Below are positions 47,324 through 60,969 of a stretch of 64,000 nucleotides of DNA, piece after piece. Within the stretch, counting starts at the first letter, position 1. Every line of letters begins with the position of its first letter. Made by a program: the position numbers and the translations under genes. The notes beneath the pieces were generated by a model. The model was not told the origin of the DNA. It did not search any database and worked only from the letters and a program-made list of their open reading frames with translations. This DNA comes from an uncultured Actinomycetota bacterium (GTDB taxonomy: Bacteria; Actinomycetota; Actinomycetes; Actinomycetales; Microbacteriaceae): assembly GCA_963730045.1 (NCBI GenBank), contig CAVSPQ010000005.1, positions 3,811 through 67,810 of the forward strand, in the 5' to 3' direction.

Positions 47324-48058
47324 TTGTTCTACTGGTTTCTGAAGAACCTGGTCATCGGGCCGTTCGCGTTCTCGGTGTTCCGGCCGTGGGTCCGCGGCCG
47401 CGAGAACGTGCCCGAGAAGGGCGCCGTGATCTACGCGAGCAACCACCTGTCGTTCATCGACTCGGTATTCCTCCCGATCGTCGTCGACCGTCCGATCAGT
47501 TTCCTCGCCAAGAGCGACTACTTCACCGGCAAGGGACTCAAGGGCGCGATCCTGCGCTGGTTCTTCCTCGCGATCCATCAGCTCCCCATCGACCGATCCG
47601 GTGGCAAGGCGTCGGAGGCATCCCTCAACTCGGGGCTGGAGCACCTGGCCGAAGGCGGGCAGCTCGGCATCTACCCGGAGGGCACGCGCAGCCCGGATGG
47701 CCGCCTGTACCGCGGTCGCACGGGTGTCGCGCGCATGATCCTCGAGGCCGGCGTGCCGGTCATCCCGGTCGCCATGATCGACAGCGAGAAGGTGATGCCG
47801 GTCGGCGCCAAGATCCCGAAGGTGCGGCGCGTCGGCGTCGTCTTCGGGGAGCCACTGGACTTCACCCGTTTCGACGGGATGGAGGGCGACCGCTTCGTCC
47901 TCCGGTCGATCACCGACGAGATCATGCACGAGTTGTCGCAGCTGAGCGGCCAGGAGTACGTCGACGTCTACGCCTCGTCGATCCCCCGGGTGAAGCCCGC
48001 GAAGCGTCGCCGCCGGCCGGCGAAGCGCCCTGCCCCGCGCGCGGCAGCAACAGTCTGA
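47324..48058 (+). CDS. plsC: 1-acyl-sn-glycerol-3-phosphate acyltransferase (start codon uncertain)
   Basis: VIYASNHLSFIDSVFLP (HX4D) ... LGIYPEGTRSPDGRLYRGRTGVARMILEAGVPVIPVAM. Confidence 0.7.
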   Translation: MFYWFLKNLVIGPFAFSVFRPWVRGRENVPEKGAVIYASNHLSFIDSVFLPIVVDRPISFLAKSDYFTGKGLKGAILRWFFLAIHQLPIDRSGGKASEASLNSGLEHLAEGGQLGIYPEGTRSPDGRLYRGRTGVARMILEAGVPVIPVAMIDSEKVMPVGAKIPKVRRVGVVFGEPLDFTRFDGMEGDRFVLRSITDEIMHELSQLSGQEYVDVYASSIPRVKPAKRRRRPAKRPAPRAAATV

Positions 48059-48128
48059 GACCGCAGATAGGCTGAATCGCTGACGGCCGTCCCGGCCGGC
48101 AGGCAACCCTGGATGAGGAAATTTCCCC

Positions 48129-49503
48129 GTGGTAGACCCGTCAGAGACCGTCGTGCAGGCAGATCCCTCTGTGATCGCCGGGCTCGACTATTGGCGCGAG
48201 CTGCCGATCAAGCAGCAGCCGGTCTGGCCGGATGCCGAGGCCGTCGCCGCCGCGTCGAAAGAGATCTCGACGCTGCCGCCACTGGTCTTCGCGGGTGAGA
48301 TCGACATCCTGCGCGACCGCCTGGCGCGTGCCGCGCGCGGGGAGTCGTTCCTGCTGCAGGGCGGAGACTGCGCCGAAACGTTCGCGGGCGCGACCGCCGA
48401 CCAGATCCGCAACCGGGTGAAGACCCTGCTGCAGATGGCGGTCGTTCTGACCTATGGTGCGTCGATGCCGGTCGTCAAGATGGGACGGATGGCGGGGCAG
48501 TTCGCGAAGCCCCGCTCGAACGAGTCGGAGACGCGCGGCGAGCTGACCCTTCCGGCGTACCGAGGCGACATCGTCAACGGGTACGACTTCACGCCAGAAT
48601 CGCGGGCTGCCGACCCGCGACGGCTCGTGCAGGGATACCACACCGCGGTATCCACCCTGAATCTCATCCGGGCCTTCACGCAGGGCGGGTTCGCCGACCT
48701 GCGGCAGGTGCACAGCTGGAACCGGGGGTTCGCGTCCAGCCCTCAGAATCAGCAATACGAGGGACTCGCGCGCGAGATCGACCGCGCCGTCAAGTTCATG
48801 GAGGCCGGCGGGCGCCGACTTCGACGAACTGAAGCGCGTCGAGTTCTACACCTCGCATGAGGGTCTGCTCATGGACTACGAGCGCCCCATGACCCGTATC
48901 GACTCGCGCAACGGCACCCCGGTGAACACCAGCGCGCACTTCCTGTGGATCGGCGAGCGTACTCGCGATCTCGAGGGGGCGCACGTCGACTACTTCTCCC
49001 GCATCCGGAATCCGATCGGCGTGAAGATCGGGCCCTCGGCGACGGGCGACGATCTGGAGCGGCTGATCGACAAGCTCGATCCCGACCGGGAGCCCGGCCG
49101 GCTGACGTTCATCACACGCATGGGCGCCGGCAAGATCCGCGATGCTCTGCCGCCCTTGCTCGAAGCGATCAAGGGTTTCGACGCGATGCCGCTCTGGGTC
49201 ACCGACCCGATGCACGGCAACGGGCTGACGACACCGACGGGCTACAAGACGCGCAGGTTCGACGACGTGGTGGACGAGGTCAAGGGGTTCTTCGAGGCGC
49301 ATCGCGCAGCAGGGACGCACCCGGGCGGCATCCACATCGAGTTGACCGGCGACGACGTCACGGAGTGCCTGGGCGGATCGGAGCAGATCGACGAGGCCAC
49401 CCTGGCCACGAAGTACGAGTCGCTGTGCGACCCGCGGCTGAACCACATGCAGTCGCTGGAGCTGGCGTTCCTGGTCGCAGAAGAACTCAGCGCCGCTCGC
49501 TGA
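48129..49503 (+). CDS. aroG: Class II 3-deoxy-7-phosphoheptulonate (DAHP) synthase; frameshift near 48815
   Basis: ESFLLQGGDCAETF ... KMGRMAGQFAKPRS ... ITRMGAGKIRDALPPLLEAIKGFDAMPLWVTDPMHGNG ... IHIELTGDDVTECLGG. Confidence 0.85.
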
Positions 49504-49555
49504 TTCCCTTACGACGTCGGCGACCCGTCAACCTGCTCCTGCGACCTGGGAGATC

Positions 49556-49581
49556 AACCGGGTGATGGAGCTGACCCGGGC
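49556..49581. terminator. GC-rich hairpin (AACCGGGT-N10-ACCCGGG) between convergent aroG and kinase genes; candidate bidirectional terminator
   Basis: Read directly; no T-tract (common for actinobacterial terminators). Confidence 0.3.
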
Positions 49582-49589
49582 GCAGATGC

Positions 49590-51545
<1,956 letters not shown>

Positions 51546-51619
51546 CTCTTCGAGTGTAGGCAGGGGCTACCTGTGAACCGGGTTCCAACACGGTCACAGC
51601 AGGGCCTCTGCGGGAAGGC

Positions 51620-52965
51620 TCAGCCGAGCTGCGCGAGCCAGGCGGTGGCGCTCTTCTCCCACTTCGCGTAGGCGTTCGGGAACGCCGAGATCTGCACCTT
51701 CTGCGCCGCCTGGGTGACCGTCATCGACTGCCAGCCCGCGATGTCGAGAAGGCCGCGGGTCGAGCCACGGTTGGGGTTGCTCGGGCCCCCGAAGAACAGG
51801 CGTGCCGCGTGGGCGACGTCGAGAATCGCATCGCGCGTGCCCCATCCGGTACTGGGTCGCTGCTGGAAGACGCCCACCGAATCCCGGTCGCCGTAGGTCA
51901 CGTTGCGCAGGCTCGACTCCTGCATCGCGGCGGCCAGGGCGATGATGAGGCCGCGGTCGTTGACCCCGAGAGAACGGCCGATCTGGATGATGATGCGGGC
52001 ATTCGCGGCCATCTCCGCTGTCAGCGGGGTGACCGTCGATCCGTCCTGGGCGCTCGTCACGCCGGGGATCGTCAGCGTGCGACCGGCGTAGATGATGCTC
52101 GCCCGCGTGAGACCGTTGGCGCTCAGCACGGCGTCGATGCTCACGCCGAAGCGTGTCGCGATCGAGGTGATCGTGTCGCCGCGTGCGATCGTGTAGGTGT
52201 TGTTGATCACGGGCGCCGGGGCGCTCGTCGGCGGGGTCGTCGGCGGGTTGGTCGGGGTGACGTTCGAGACCGGGGTGATCGCGATCGATGATCCCGACAG
52301 CACGATCGTCTGCCCGGGGTAGATGATGCTCGACCGGCTGAGGTTGTTGGCGGCGAGCAGGCCGGCCGTGGTGAGGCCGTAGCGCTGGGCGATGCCGCTG
52401 ATGGTGTCGCCGCGCACGATCGTGTAGCGGCCGGTGCTCGGCGCGGGCGCCGAGGCGCCGCTGAGCTTGAGCACCTGCCCCGGGAAGATCAGGGATCGTG
52501 GGCCGAGTCCGTTGGCGGCGAGCACGGCGGCGGTGCTCAGCCCGTAGCGGGCGGCGATCGCCGACACGGTGTCGCCACGCGCGATCGTGTACGTGGTCGG
52601 GACCGACGCTGCGGCGATGGCCGCTGCCCGGGTCGCGGTCGCCTCCGCCTGACGCGCGGCCAGCAGGGCGGCACGAGCGGTTGGAGAGAGCTCGGACTTC
52701 GGCGCTGCCGGCCGCTTGGGCGTCGCCACCGCGGTCTCGATCGGCGCCGGTCACGTTCATGCTCACGGTCATGGCGCCGGCGAGCACGATCGGCATCGTC
52801 GACATCAGCCCCTGGCGCATGCGGCGCCGGTTCTCGCCGGCGGCGACCTCGTTCGCGGCGCGGGCGACGTCCGAAGGCGTCAGCCCGGCGAAGACGGAGC
52901 GCGCGATCGTGCCCGAGTCGTGCCCGTCACCAGTCCTGTGCACGTCTGAGTCATGCACGTCCATG
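51620..52965 (-). CDS. Triple LysM-domain secreted protein with C-terminal putative peptidoglycan-hydrolase-like domain; frameshift near 52700
   Basis: Three LysM repeats (YTIARGDTVSAIAARYGLSTAAVLAANGL; YTIVRGDTISGIAQRYGLTTAGLLAANNL; YTIARGDTITSIATRFGVSIDAVLSANGL) plus C-terminus LIIALAAAMQESSLRNVTYGDRDSVGVFQQRPSTGWGT. Confidence 0.6.
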
Positions 52966-53133
52966 GCTTCCGCCTCTCTCCCCACCCCCGGGATCAGTCC
53001 TACGCGGCAGTCGATCCACGGTGTCACAGAAGGTAATTACTGTCAATCAAAGGGGAAGAAGTGACGTGAGTTTACATGTTCGTAACAATGTCGAAGGCCC
53101 GACCTGGCGGTGCGGACGTGCGACCCTTGATCC

Positions 53134-53478
53134 GTGAGTCCTGCCGCCGCCGAATCGACCTGGCTGACCGTCCCCGAGCTCGTCGAACTGCTGGGCGTCC
53201 CCCATGGCAAGGTCCGCCGGCTGCTCGAAGAACGCATCCTGCTCGGCATCCGCGTCGACGGCGTCCTGAAGGTGCCCTCCGAGTTCGTCGTCGACGGCGA
53301 GCCGCTCGGCGACCTGCGCGGCACGCTGGTCGTGCTGCACGACGCCGGATTCACCGACGAGGAGTGCATGAACTGGCTGCTCAACGACGAGGACAGTCTG
53401 GAGACGACACCGGTCGCTGCTCTGCGGTCGGGACGCAAGGCCGAGGTGCGCCGCGTCGCTCAGGCGCTCGGTTTCTAA
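53134..53478 (+). CDS. Rv2175c-family DNA-binding protein (mycobacterial PknL substrate homolog)
   Basis: WLTVPELVELLGVPHGKVRRLLEERILLGIRVDGVLKVPSEFVVDGEPLGDLRGTLVVLHDAGFTDEECMNWLL. Confidence 0.6.
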   Translation: MSPAAAESTWLTVPELVELLGVPHGKVRRLLEERILLGIRVDGVLKVPSEFVVDGEPLGDLRGTLVVLHDAGFTDEECMNWLLNDEDSLETTPVAALRSGRKAEVRRVAQALGF

Positions 53479-53494
53479 CCGGCCGTGGGCGGAG

Positions 53495-54538
53495 CTAGCT
53501 CTCGCGGCGGGTCACGGTGTCCGCCAGTGCCGTGAGCTCGTCGCGGGCAGACCGCGCGATCGGCGCCTCGTTCAGGGCCGCCGTCGCGGTCTCGACGTTG
53601 TGGGCGATGATGCGCTCGACGTGATCCACCGCACCGCTCTCGCGGATCGCGGCCTGCAGCATCCCGATCTGCTCCTCGTCGAGCGCGGGGTCGCCGAGAA
53701 GCTCGTCGACGAACCGGGATGCCGACCCGGGCAGCTTCTGCCGCGCCAGGTTGACGAGCACGGTGCGTTTGCCTTCGCGAAGGTCGTCACCGGCCGGCTT
53801 GCCCGTCACCTCGGGATCCCCGAAGACGCCCAGCAGGTCATCCCGGAGCTGGAACGCGACGCCCAGCGGGAGGCCGAACGCGCGCAACCCCGCGACCTGG
53901 GCGAGGGAGCCGCCGGCGAGCGAGGCTCCGAGGGCGAGCGGGGACTCGACGCTGTATTTCGCCGACTTGTAGACGATGACGCGGTGCGCGCGGGGCAGCA
54001 GCTCGGCCTCCGGGCGTCCGCGCCAGGAGTGCTCCTCGAGCATGTCGAGGTACTGACCGAGCATCACGTCGGTGCGCATGCGGCCGAATTCGTCGCGGGC
54101 CGCCGCCGCTGCATCCCTGTCGACCGTCGTCAGACCCGTCTCGAAGAGGCCGTCGCTCCAGCCCAGCAGCAGGTCGCCGAGCAGGAGGGCGGCGGAGGTT
54201 CCGTAGCCGGTGGCAGACCCCGACCAGCCGCGATCGCGATGCAGGGCCTCGAAGCGTCGGTGCAGGCTGGGCTGACCGCGGCGGAGGTCGGAATTGTCCA
54301 TGATGTCGTCGTGCACGAGTGCGGCGGCGTGGAAGAGCTCGAGTGCAGCCGCGACCGCGACGACGCCGTCCAGCGCGGGGGAGGAGTCGGCTGCCGGATC
54401 GAAGTCGTCGCCCTGAGCGGCGACCGCCTGCCAGCCCCAGTAGCAGAACAGCGCGCGGAACCGCTTTCCGCCCGCGAGGAGTGATCTCGCGGCCGCGTCG
54501 ATGACGTCGAGGTCGGGGGATACCTCGTCGCAGCTCAC
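53495..54538 (-). CDS. Polyprenyl diphosphate synthase (IdsA2/GGPP-synthase-like)
   Basis: Intact 347-aa ORF; FHAAALVHDDIMDNSDLRRGQPSLH (first DDxxD) ... GVAFQLRDDLLGVFGD (second) ... KPAGDDLREGKRT. Confidence 0.8.
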   Translation of the reverse strand: MSCDEVSPDLDVIDAAARSLLAGGKRFRALFCYWGWQAVAAQGDDFDPAADSSPALDGVVAVAAALELFHAAALVHDDIMDNSDLRRGQPSLHRRFEALHRDRGWSGSATGYGTSAALLLGDLLLGWSDGLFETGLTTVDRDAAAAARDEFGRMRTDVMLGQYLDMLEEHSWRGRPEAELLPRAHRVIVYKSAKYSVESPLALGASLAGGSLAQVAGLRAFGLPLGVAFQLRDDLLGVFGDPEVTGKPAGDDLREGKRTVLVNLARQKLPGSASRFVDELLGDPALDEEQIGMLQAAIRESGAVDHVERIIAHNVETATAALNEAPIARSARDELTALADTVTRRES

Positions 54539-54694
54539 CGCGACGCTCGGTGAGATACGAATCGAGTCGGAGCTGGATGAGGTCGACTAACCGCGTACTC
54601 CCAGCCACTCTTCTAGCCTAGCCAGGGCCACGGGCCTACAATGTTGAGTCATCACCCAGTCGGGCCGACTTGGCCTGCACCTTTGGAGGACGAG

Positions 54695-55060
54695 ATGCCG
54701 CTGTCCGAGCATGAGCAGCGCCTCCTCGACGAGATGGAGCGCAGCCTCTACCACAACGAGGCTGACGACGTCACGACGGTCGGGGGCGGTCGCGCGCGCC
54801 CCAACTACACCGCCATCGCGCTCGGCATCGTCGCCGGTGTGATCGGGATCGCGCTGCTGCTGGTCGGGGTCGTCTCACGTCTCGCGGTCATCGGCCTCGT
54901 CGGATTCGTGATCATGTTCGCCGGCGCCCTGCTCGCCATCGCTCCGCCCCGCCGGCTGAGCATGGACCGTGGACGCGCGCCCGGAACCGCACGCAAGCCG
55001 AGCTTCATGGACTCGCTCAACGACCGCTGGGACCGTCGCTCGGACGGCGACGAGAGCTAG
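54695..55060 (+). CDS. DUF3040-domain membrane protein
   Basis: MPLSEHEQRLLDEMERSLYHNE ... two TM segments IALGIVAGVIGIALLLVGVV / VIGLVGFVIMFAGALLAIA. Confidence 0.55.
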   Translation: MPLSEHEQRLLDEMERSLYHNEADDVTTVGGGRARPNYTAIALGIVAGVIGIALLLVGVVSRLAVIGLVGFVIMFAGALLAIAPPRRLSMDRGRAPGTARKPSFMDSLNDRWDRRSDGDES

Positions 55061-55330
55061 CTCCACTCCGCTCCACCAGTTCTCGAAGCAACGGGCTGAC
55101 CTAAGGGTCGGCCCGTTTTCTGGTTTCCGGAGGGTCGCCGCTCTAACTACGGCTGCGGCGTACACGCGTGCGCACTACAGCGTCGCCTGCCCGCTTCGGC
55201 CGTACTTGTGGGGCGCCGACCGCTCAATCCCCTCCACTCTCCTCCACCCTCGGTACTGCCTGTCATTCCGGGTGTCCTGAGCCGTGTCCCCGCAAGTGGG
55301 GACGTCAATGTCGGGGGTTGGTGCTTGCGA

Positions 55331-55356
55331 GTGGAGGAAAGTGGAGTATGGTGGAG
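55331..55356 (+). promoter_or_regulatory. Three GTGGAG direct repeats phased exactly 10 bp apart (55331, 55341, 55351), ~40 bp upstream of mraZ: candidate MraZ operator
   Basis: gaGTGGAGgaaaGTGGAGtatgGTGGAGcc read directly; inverted copies CTCCAC-N4-CTCCAC at 55071/55081 and 55233/55243. Confidence 0.55.
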
Positions 55357-55394
55357 CCACCTTTCATCTGGCCGGAGAGTAGGGGGTGGTGTCG

Positions 55395-55829
55395 ATGTTG
55401 CTCGGCACGTTCGTCCCCAAGCTCGACGACAAGGGCCGCATCATCCTTCCCGCGAAGTTCCGAGAGGACTTCGCCGCCGGTCTGGTCATGACCCGCGGCC
55501 AGGAGGGCTGCGTGTACGTGTACAGCCAGCGCGAGTTCGAGGCGCTCCACGAGCGGATGGCGCAGCGGGCCCCGCAACTGGGCAAGGCCGGCCGCGACTA
55601 CCTGCGCATGTTCACGAGCGGCGCCGCGCAGGAGATCCCGGACAAGCAGTTCCGCGTGACGATCCCGCCGATGCTGCGCGAGTACGCCGGCCTCGATCGC
55701 GACCTCACCGTGATCGGCGCCGGAACCCGCGCCGAGATCTGGGATGCCGCCGCCTGGAAGACCTACTCCACCACCGCCGAAGCCGGATTCTCCGACGCCG
55801 ACGGGGAGGTGATCGCCGGACTCTTCTGA
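55395..55829 (+). CDS. mraZ: Transcriptional regulator MraZ
   Basis: [43 protein letters not shown] ... [31 protein letters not shown] (two SpoVT/AbrB-like halves). Confidence 0.85.
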   Translation: MLLGTFVPKLDDKGRIILPAKFREDFAAGLVMTRGQEGCVYVYSQREFEALHERMAQRAPQLGKAGRDYLRMFTSGAAQEIPDKQFRVTIPPMLREYAGLDRDLTVIGAGTRAEIWDAAAWKTYSTTAEAGFSDADGEVIAGLF

Positions 55830-55932
55830 GCGCCTCGAGCCCGACCCTCAGCCGCGCACCCTGCCTCCACTTCCCCGGAGACAGGTCGCAGCGGATGGGG
55901 ATCAGGCCCGAGGGGCCGAAGCGCGACACGCC

Positions 55933-56948
55933 ATGCCCGACGCCCCTCTGCACATCCCTGTCTTCCTCGATCGCACGATCGAGCTGCTCGCGCCCGCCCT
56001 CGACCGTCCCGGCGCCGTGCTCGTCGACGCCACCCTCGGCCTCGGCGGCCACGCCGAGGCGTTCCTCGCAGCGCTTCCCGGATCTCCGGTACGTCGGTCT
56101 CGACCGCGATCGCGACGCCCTGGCCCTCTCGGCCGAGCGTCTCGCGCCGTTCGCCGGACCGCATCCAGCTCGTCCATTCCGTCTACGACCGCATCGGGGA
56201 GGTGCTGGAAGAGCTCTCGATTCGGGGAATTGCGGGCGTGCTCTTCGATCTCGGCGTCTCGTCGATGCAGCTCGACCGCGTCGAGCGGGGCTTCTCCTAT
56301 TCGAAGGACGCCCCGCTCGACATGCGGATGGACGATACGGCCCCGCTGACCGCGGCACGGGTGCTCGCCGAGTACGACGAGTCCGAGCTGCGGCGGATCT
56401 TCTACCAGTACGGCGAGGAGAAGCTCGCCCCGCGGTTCGCCCGACGCGATCGTCGAGGGACGCCAGGCGTCACCCCTCACGACGTCGGCGCAGCTCGTCG
56501 CGCTCATCGACGCCGCGACGCCGGCGGCGGTGCGACGCGCCGGGCATCCGGCGAAGCGGGTCTTCCAGGCCCTGCGCATCGAGGTCAACCAGGAGCTCGC
56601 ATCGCTCGAGCGGGCGATCCCGGCCGCGCTCGACGCGCTCGAGGTCGGCGGGCCGCATCGTCGTGCTCGCCTACCAGTCGCTCGAGGACCGCATCGTCAA
56701 GCGCGAGCTCGCCGCGCGATCCGCCTCCACCGCGCCGCGCGGGCTGCCCGTCGAGCTGCCGCAGCACCGGCCAGAGTTCAGGCTCCTGGTGCGCGGGGCC
56801 GAGCTCGCCAGCGACGCTGAGAAGGCCGAGAACCCCCGCGCCACTCCGGTACGCCTGCGTGCCGCCGAGAAGCTCTGGGACCCAGCGGACGGCGCGACAC
56901 GCCGTCGCGGGAGCGTGCAGCGCGGCACCGAGGAAGACGGCAGCATGA
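55933..56948 (+). CDS. rsmH: 16S rRNA (cytosine1402-N4)-methyltransferase RsmH; >=2 frameshifts; 3' end approximate
   Basis: [15 protein letters not shown] ... [19 protein letters not shown] ... [13 protein letters not shown] ... [19 protein letters not shown] ... [21 protein letters not shown]. Confidence 0.8.
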
Positions 56949-57546
56949 CAGCGACCCGGAAACCTCGCGATCGCGCGTCCGCTGCGCCCGTCGCCGACGC
57001 CCGCGCCCCAGCCACGTCGCCACCTCGAGATCGCGCCGACCCGCGCACAGCGCCGCGCCCGGCCGCGCCTCGCGCACGCCGTCGTCACGGTCGCCGGGAT
57101 CGGCGTCATCCTGCTGGTGCAGCTGCTGCTGAGCTTCGTGCTGGCCGACGGGGCGTATCAGATCTCCGGATCTGCAGACCGATCAGCGCGAGCTGCTTCG
57201 TGAGGAGCAGGCGCTCAACGAGCGCCTCGAGCTGCTCGGCTCGACCCAGAACCTCACGGCAAACGCCGAGGCGCTCGGGATGGTCGCGAGCGGCAACCCG
57301 GTCTTCCTCGACGTCGCGACCGGGGGAGTGAGTGGTTCCGACTCCACCTCCGCCGGCCTGCCGGTCAACCTCGTGCGCAACTCGCTGCTCGACGGCTCGA
57401 CGGTGATCGACCCTGCGGCTCTGGCTGCGGCGCGAGCCGCCGAGGCGGCATCCGGTGACACCGGGCAGCACGTCGTCGAGGGCGGGACCCCCGCCGAGAC
57501 CACCCCGACGACCCCGGGCACGCTGCCCTCACCCACCACTCACTGA
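56945..57546 (+). CDS. FtsL-like cell-division membrane protein (hypothetical); frameshift near 57170
   Basis: Position between rsmH and ftsI; single [31 protein letters not shown] followed by coiled-coil-like [21 protein letters not shown]. Confidence 0.45.
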
Positions 57547-57562
57547 GGCGCGGGGGATACGG

Positions 57563-59333
57563 GTGATCATCAACACGCGCGGCTCGCACCGTCGCCTCGC
57601 CCTCACGGTGGTCACCGTGTTCGCGATCGTGTCGGTGTTCGTCGTCCGGCTGGTCGACATCCAGCTCGTGCGCGCGGCCGAGCTCACCGCGGACGCGGAG
57701 CAGCGCCGCACCCTTCCTGTCACCACGTACGGCATCCGGGGCAGCATCGTCGACGCGAACGGCGTTGTCCTGGCCGACAGCGTGGAGCGTTTCGACATCA
57801 CGGCGTCGCCGAAGAACGCGAAGCTCGACACCACCTGGATGACACGCGACGGCGTGCGCGCCGAGGTGCCGACCACGGACGCGATCCAGGCGATCGCCGA
57901 CCTGACCGGAGCCGATCCCAACACGATCTACCAGGCGATCGCGACCGACAGGGAGTCGAACTTCACGTACCTGGCCCGCACCGTCACCCTCGAGGTCTTC
58001 AAGAAGGTGCGCGCCCTGCAGATCCCGTGGGTCTACAGCGAACTGCACCCCGCGCGCACCTACCCGAGCGGCGCGATCGCCGGCAACCTCGTCGGCTTCA
58101 TCGGCACCGACGGCCCGCTGGCCGGAACCGAACTCAAGCAGGACGAGTGCCTGGCGGCCACCAACGGCGCAGTCCACCTACGAGTCCAGCGCCGACGGTG
58201 TCCGCCTGCCCGGCAGCACGATCGTGCAGCAGGAGTCGAAGGACGGCGGCACCATCCACCTGACGATCGACGCCGACCTGCAGTGGTACGCGCAGCAGAT
58301 CCTCGCGCAGCAGGCCGCCGAGCTCGGCGCCGACTGGGCGACCGCGATGGTCGTCGAGGTGGAGACGGGGCGCATCGTCGCGGGCGCGGACTGGCCGTCC
58401 GTCGACCCGAACGACCTCGACTCGGTCGGCAATGAGGATCGCGGTGCACGCATCTTCGCCAGCCCGTTCGAACCCGGATCGATCATGAAGGTCGCGACGT
58501 TCGCCTCGCTGCTCGATCAGGGCGTCATCGCGCCATCGACGCAGGTGATGGTGCCCGGCATCTACACCGAGGGCCTGCCGGAGGGCAGCTCGATCAAGGA
58601 CTCCTGGGCGCACGGCGACTTGCCTCTTACGGCGACCGGCATCCTGATGAACTCGTCCAACATCGGGACCGCGATCCTGTCCCAGAAGCTGAGCAAGCAG
58701 GAGCGCCACGACTATCTCGAGGCATTCGGCTTCAACAAGGACACCGCTGTCGACTTCCTCGGCGAGTCGAGCGGCTCGGTGCTGCCCATGGACCAGACCG
58801 ACGCGATCACGAACCTCACCCAGCAGTTCGGGCAGGGAATGTCGGCCACGAGCGCCCAGATCGCGAGCCTGTACCAGACCATCGGCAACGGCGGGGTGCA
58901 GATGCCCCTCACGCTGATCGAGGGGTGCCAGTGGCCCGACGGGACCTGGACCCAGACCCCGTCCACCCAGACGAACCGTGTGGTCAGCGAGTCGGCCGCC
59001 GACACCACGGTGCAGATGATGGAGGTCACCGCGAACCAGGGTTCCCTGAAGAGCGTGCTGGCGATCCCCGGCTACCGGGTCGCAGCGAAGACCGGAACGG
59101 CGGAGGTGGCCGAGAACGGCAGCTACGGCGCTGGGCGCATCGTGTCGGTCGCGGGCCTCATTCCGGCCGGCGACCCGCAGTACGCCATTGTCGTGACCTT
59201 CGCGAAGCCCGATACGATGAGGACTTCCGCAGCCGCGGCGCCCGCCTTCAACGCGATCATGAAGCAGGTCATCAAGACCTTCCGCATCACCCCGCAGTCG
59301 GACGGCGTGCCGAGTCTTCCCACCACCTGGTGA
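57563..59333 (+). CDS. ftsI: Peptidoglycan D,D-transpeptidase FtsI (class B PBP); frameshift near 58165
   Basis: N-terminal TM then dimerisation domain; transpeptidase motifs FEPGSIMK (SxxK), SSN (LMNSSNIG), KTGT (AAKTGTAE). Confidence 0.85.
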
Positions 59334-59387
59334 CGGACGCCGGCTCGCGGAGAGCACGGTGAAGTCGATGACAGGAGGCAGGGCGAG

Positions 59388-60969
59388 GTGAGTGCGCGGA
59401 TCCCCCCGGTCCTGCGACCCGAGCACCCGACGCCGCGATCCCTGGCACGTCTCGTGCAGGAGTTCGGTCTCGAGCACCGCGGATCACTCGACGGCGTCGA
59501 GGTCAGCGGCGTGACGGTGCGCACGACGGAGGTGCAGCCAGGCGACCTGTTCGCCGCGCTCCCCGGCAAGAACGCCCACGGCGCCAGTCTTCGCCGCCGA
59601 GGCGGCGAGATCAGGCGCAGTCGCGCTTCTCTCCGACGCCGAGGGAGCACAGGTGGCGGAAGACTCCGGGCTCCCCGTCGTGGTCGTCGACGACGCGCGT
59701 GCCGCGCTCGGTGAGATCGCCGCCTGGGTCTATCAGACGGCGGGCCCGGCGGCCGAGGGGACGAGGCCGCCGCTTCTGTTCGCAACAACGGGCACCAACG
59801 GCAAGACGTCCACCTCGTACCTGCTCGAGGCGATCCTGCGCCAGCTCGGCCTGGTCACGGGACTCAGCTCGACCGCAGAGCGCCACATCGGCGACCTGAC
59901 GGTCGTGAGCCGCCTCACGACTCCCGAGGCCAGCGAGATGCACGCGCTGCTGGCCCGCATGCGCGAGTCCGCGGTCCGCGCGGTCGCCGTCGAGGTGAGC
60001 GCCCAGGCCCTCACCTGGCGCCGGGTCGACGGCCTCGTCTTCGACGTCGTCGCCTTCACCAACCTCAGCCACGACCATCTCGACGACTACGCCGACATGG
60101 AGGAGTACTTCCGGGCGAAGCTCCCGTTGTTCCAGCCCGACCGGGGGAAGCGCGGCGTCGTCTGCCTCGACACCGCGTACGGGCGCCGCGTCGTCGAGGA
60201 GTCGCGCATCCCGGTCACCACGATCGCCACGGTCGGCCACGCGTCGCCCGAGGACGTCGAATCGGCCGAGTGGGTGGTCGAGGTGACCGACGAGAGCGCG
60301 GTGTTCACCGAGTTCCGGCTCACCGGACCGGAGGACCGCTCGCTCGTGACCCGCGAGCCCCTGATCGGCTGGCATATGGCCGCCAACGCGGCGCTCGCGA
60401 TCGTGATGCTCGTGGAGGCGGGGTTCGAGCTGGAGGCGATCGGCGCCGCGCTGGACGCCGACGGCGGCATCCAGGCCTACCTGCCCGGTCGCACTGAGCG
60501 CGTCTCGGGCGATCGCGGCCCGAGCGTGTACGTCGACTTCGGCCACAGTCCCGACGCCTTCGAGAACACCCTGGGCGCCGTGCGCAAGTTCACCTCGGGC
60601 CGCACGATCATGGTGTTCGGGGCGGACGGCGACCGGGATGCCACCAAGCGCCACGAGATGGCCCGCGTCGCGGCGCAGGGCAGTGACATCCTGGTGATAA
60701 CCGACCACCACCCGAGGTTCGAGGATCCCGCTTCGATCCGGGCGACCCTCCTCGAAGGAGCAGCTCTCGCCGAGGACCAGCCGGAGATCTACGAGGTCAG
60801 TCCTCCCGAGGCGGCGATCATCACAGCCGTGTCGCTCGCCCGCGAGGGTGACTCCATCCTCTGGGCAGGACCGGGGCACCAGGACTACCGCGACATCGAG
60901 GGCGTCCGGACGCCGTATTCGGCGCGCGAACTGGCGCGGGCCGCGCTCCGTGAGGCGGGCTGGGCGTGA
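59388..60969 (+). CDS. murE: UDP-N-acetylmuramoyl-L-alanyl-D-glutamate--diamino-acid ligase MurE; frameshift near 59590
   Basis: TGTNGKTSTSYLLEAIL ... AVEVSAQAL ... FTNLSHDHLDDY ... GADGDRD (Mur ligase motifs); dcw cluster order. Confidence 0.85.

Noticed and set aside
52966-53133. AT-richer intergenic region upstream of the LysM wall-protein gene considered for a ydaO/c-di-AMP riboswitch
   Set aside because: None of the conserved ydaO helices or motifs could be recognised by eye. More likely these are divergent promoters for the LysM gene and the Rv2175c-like gene.
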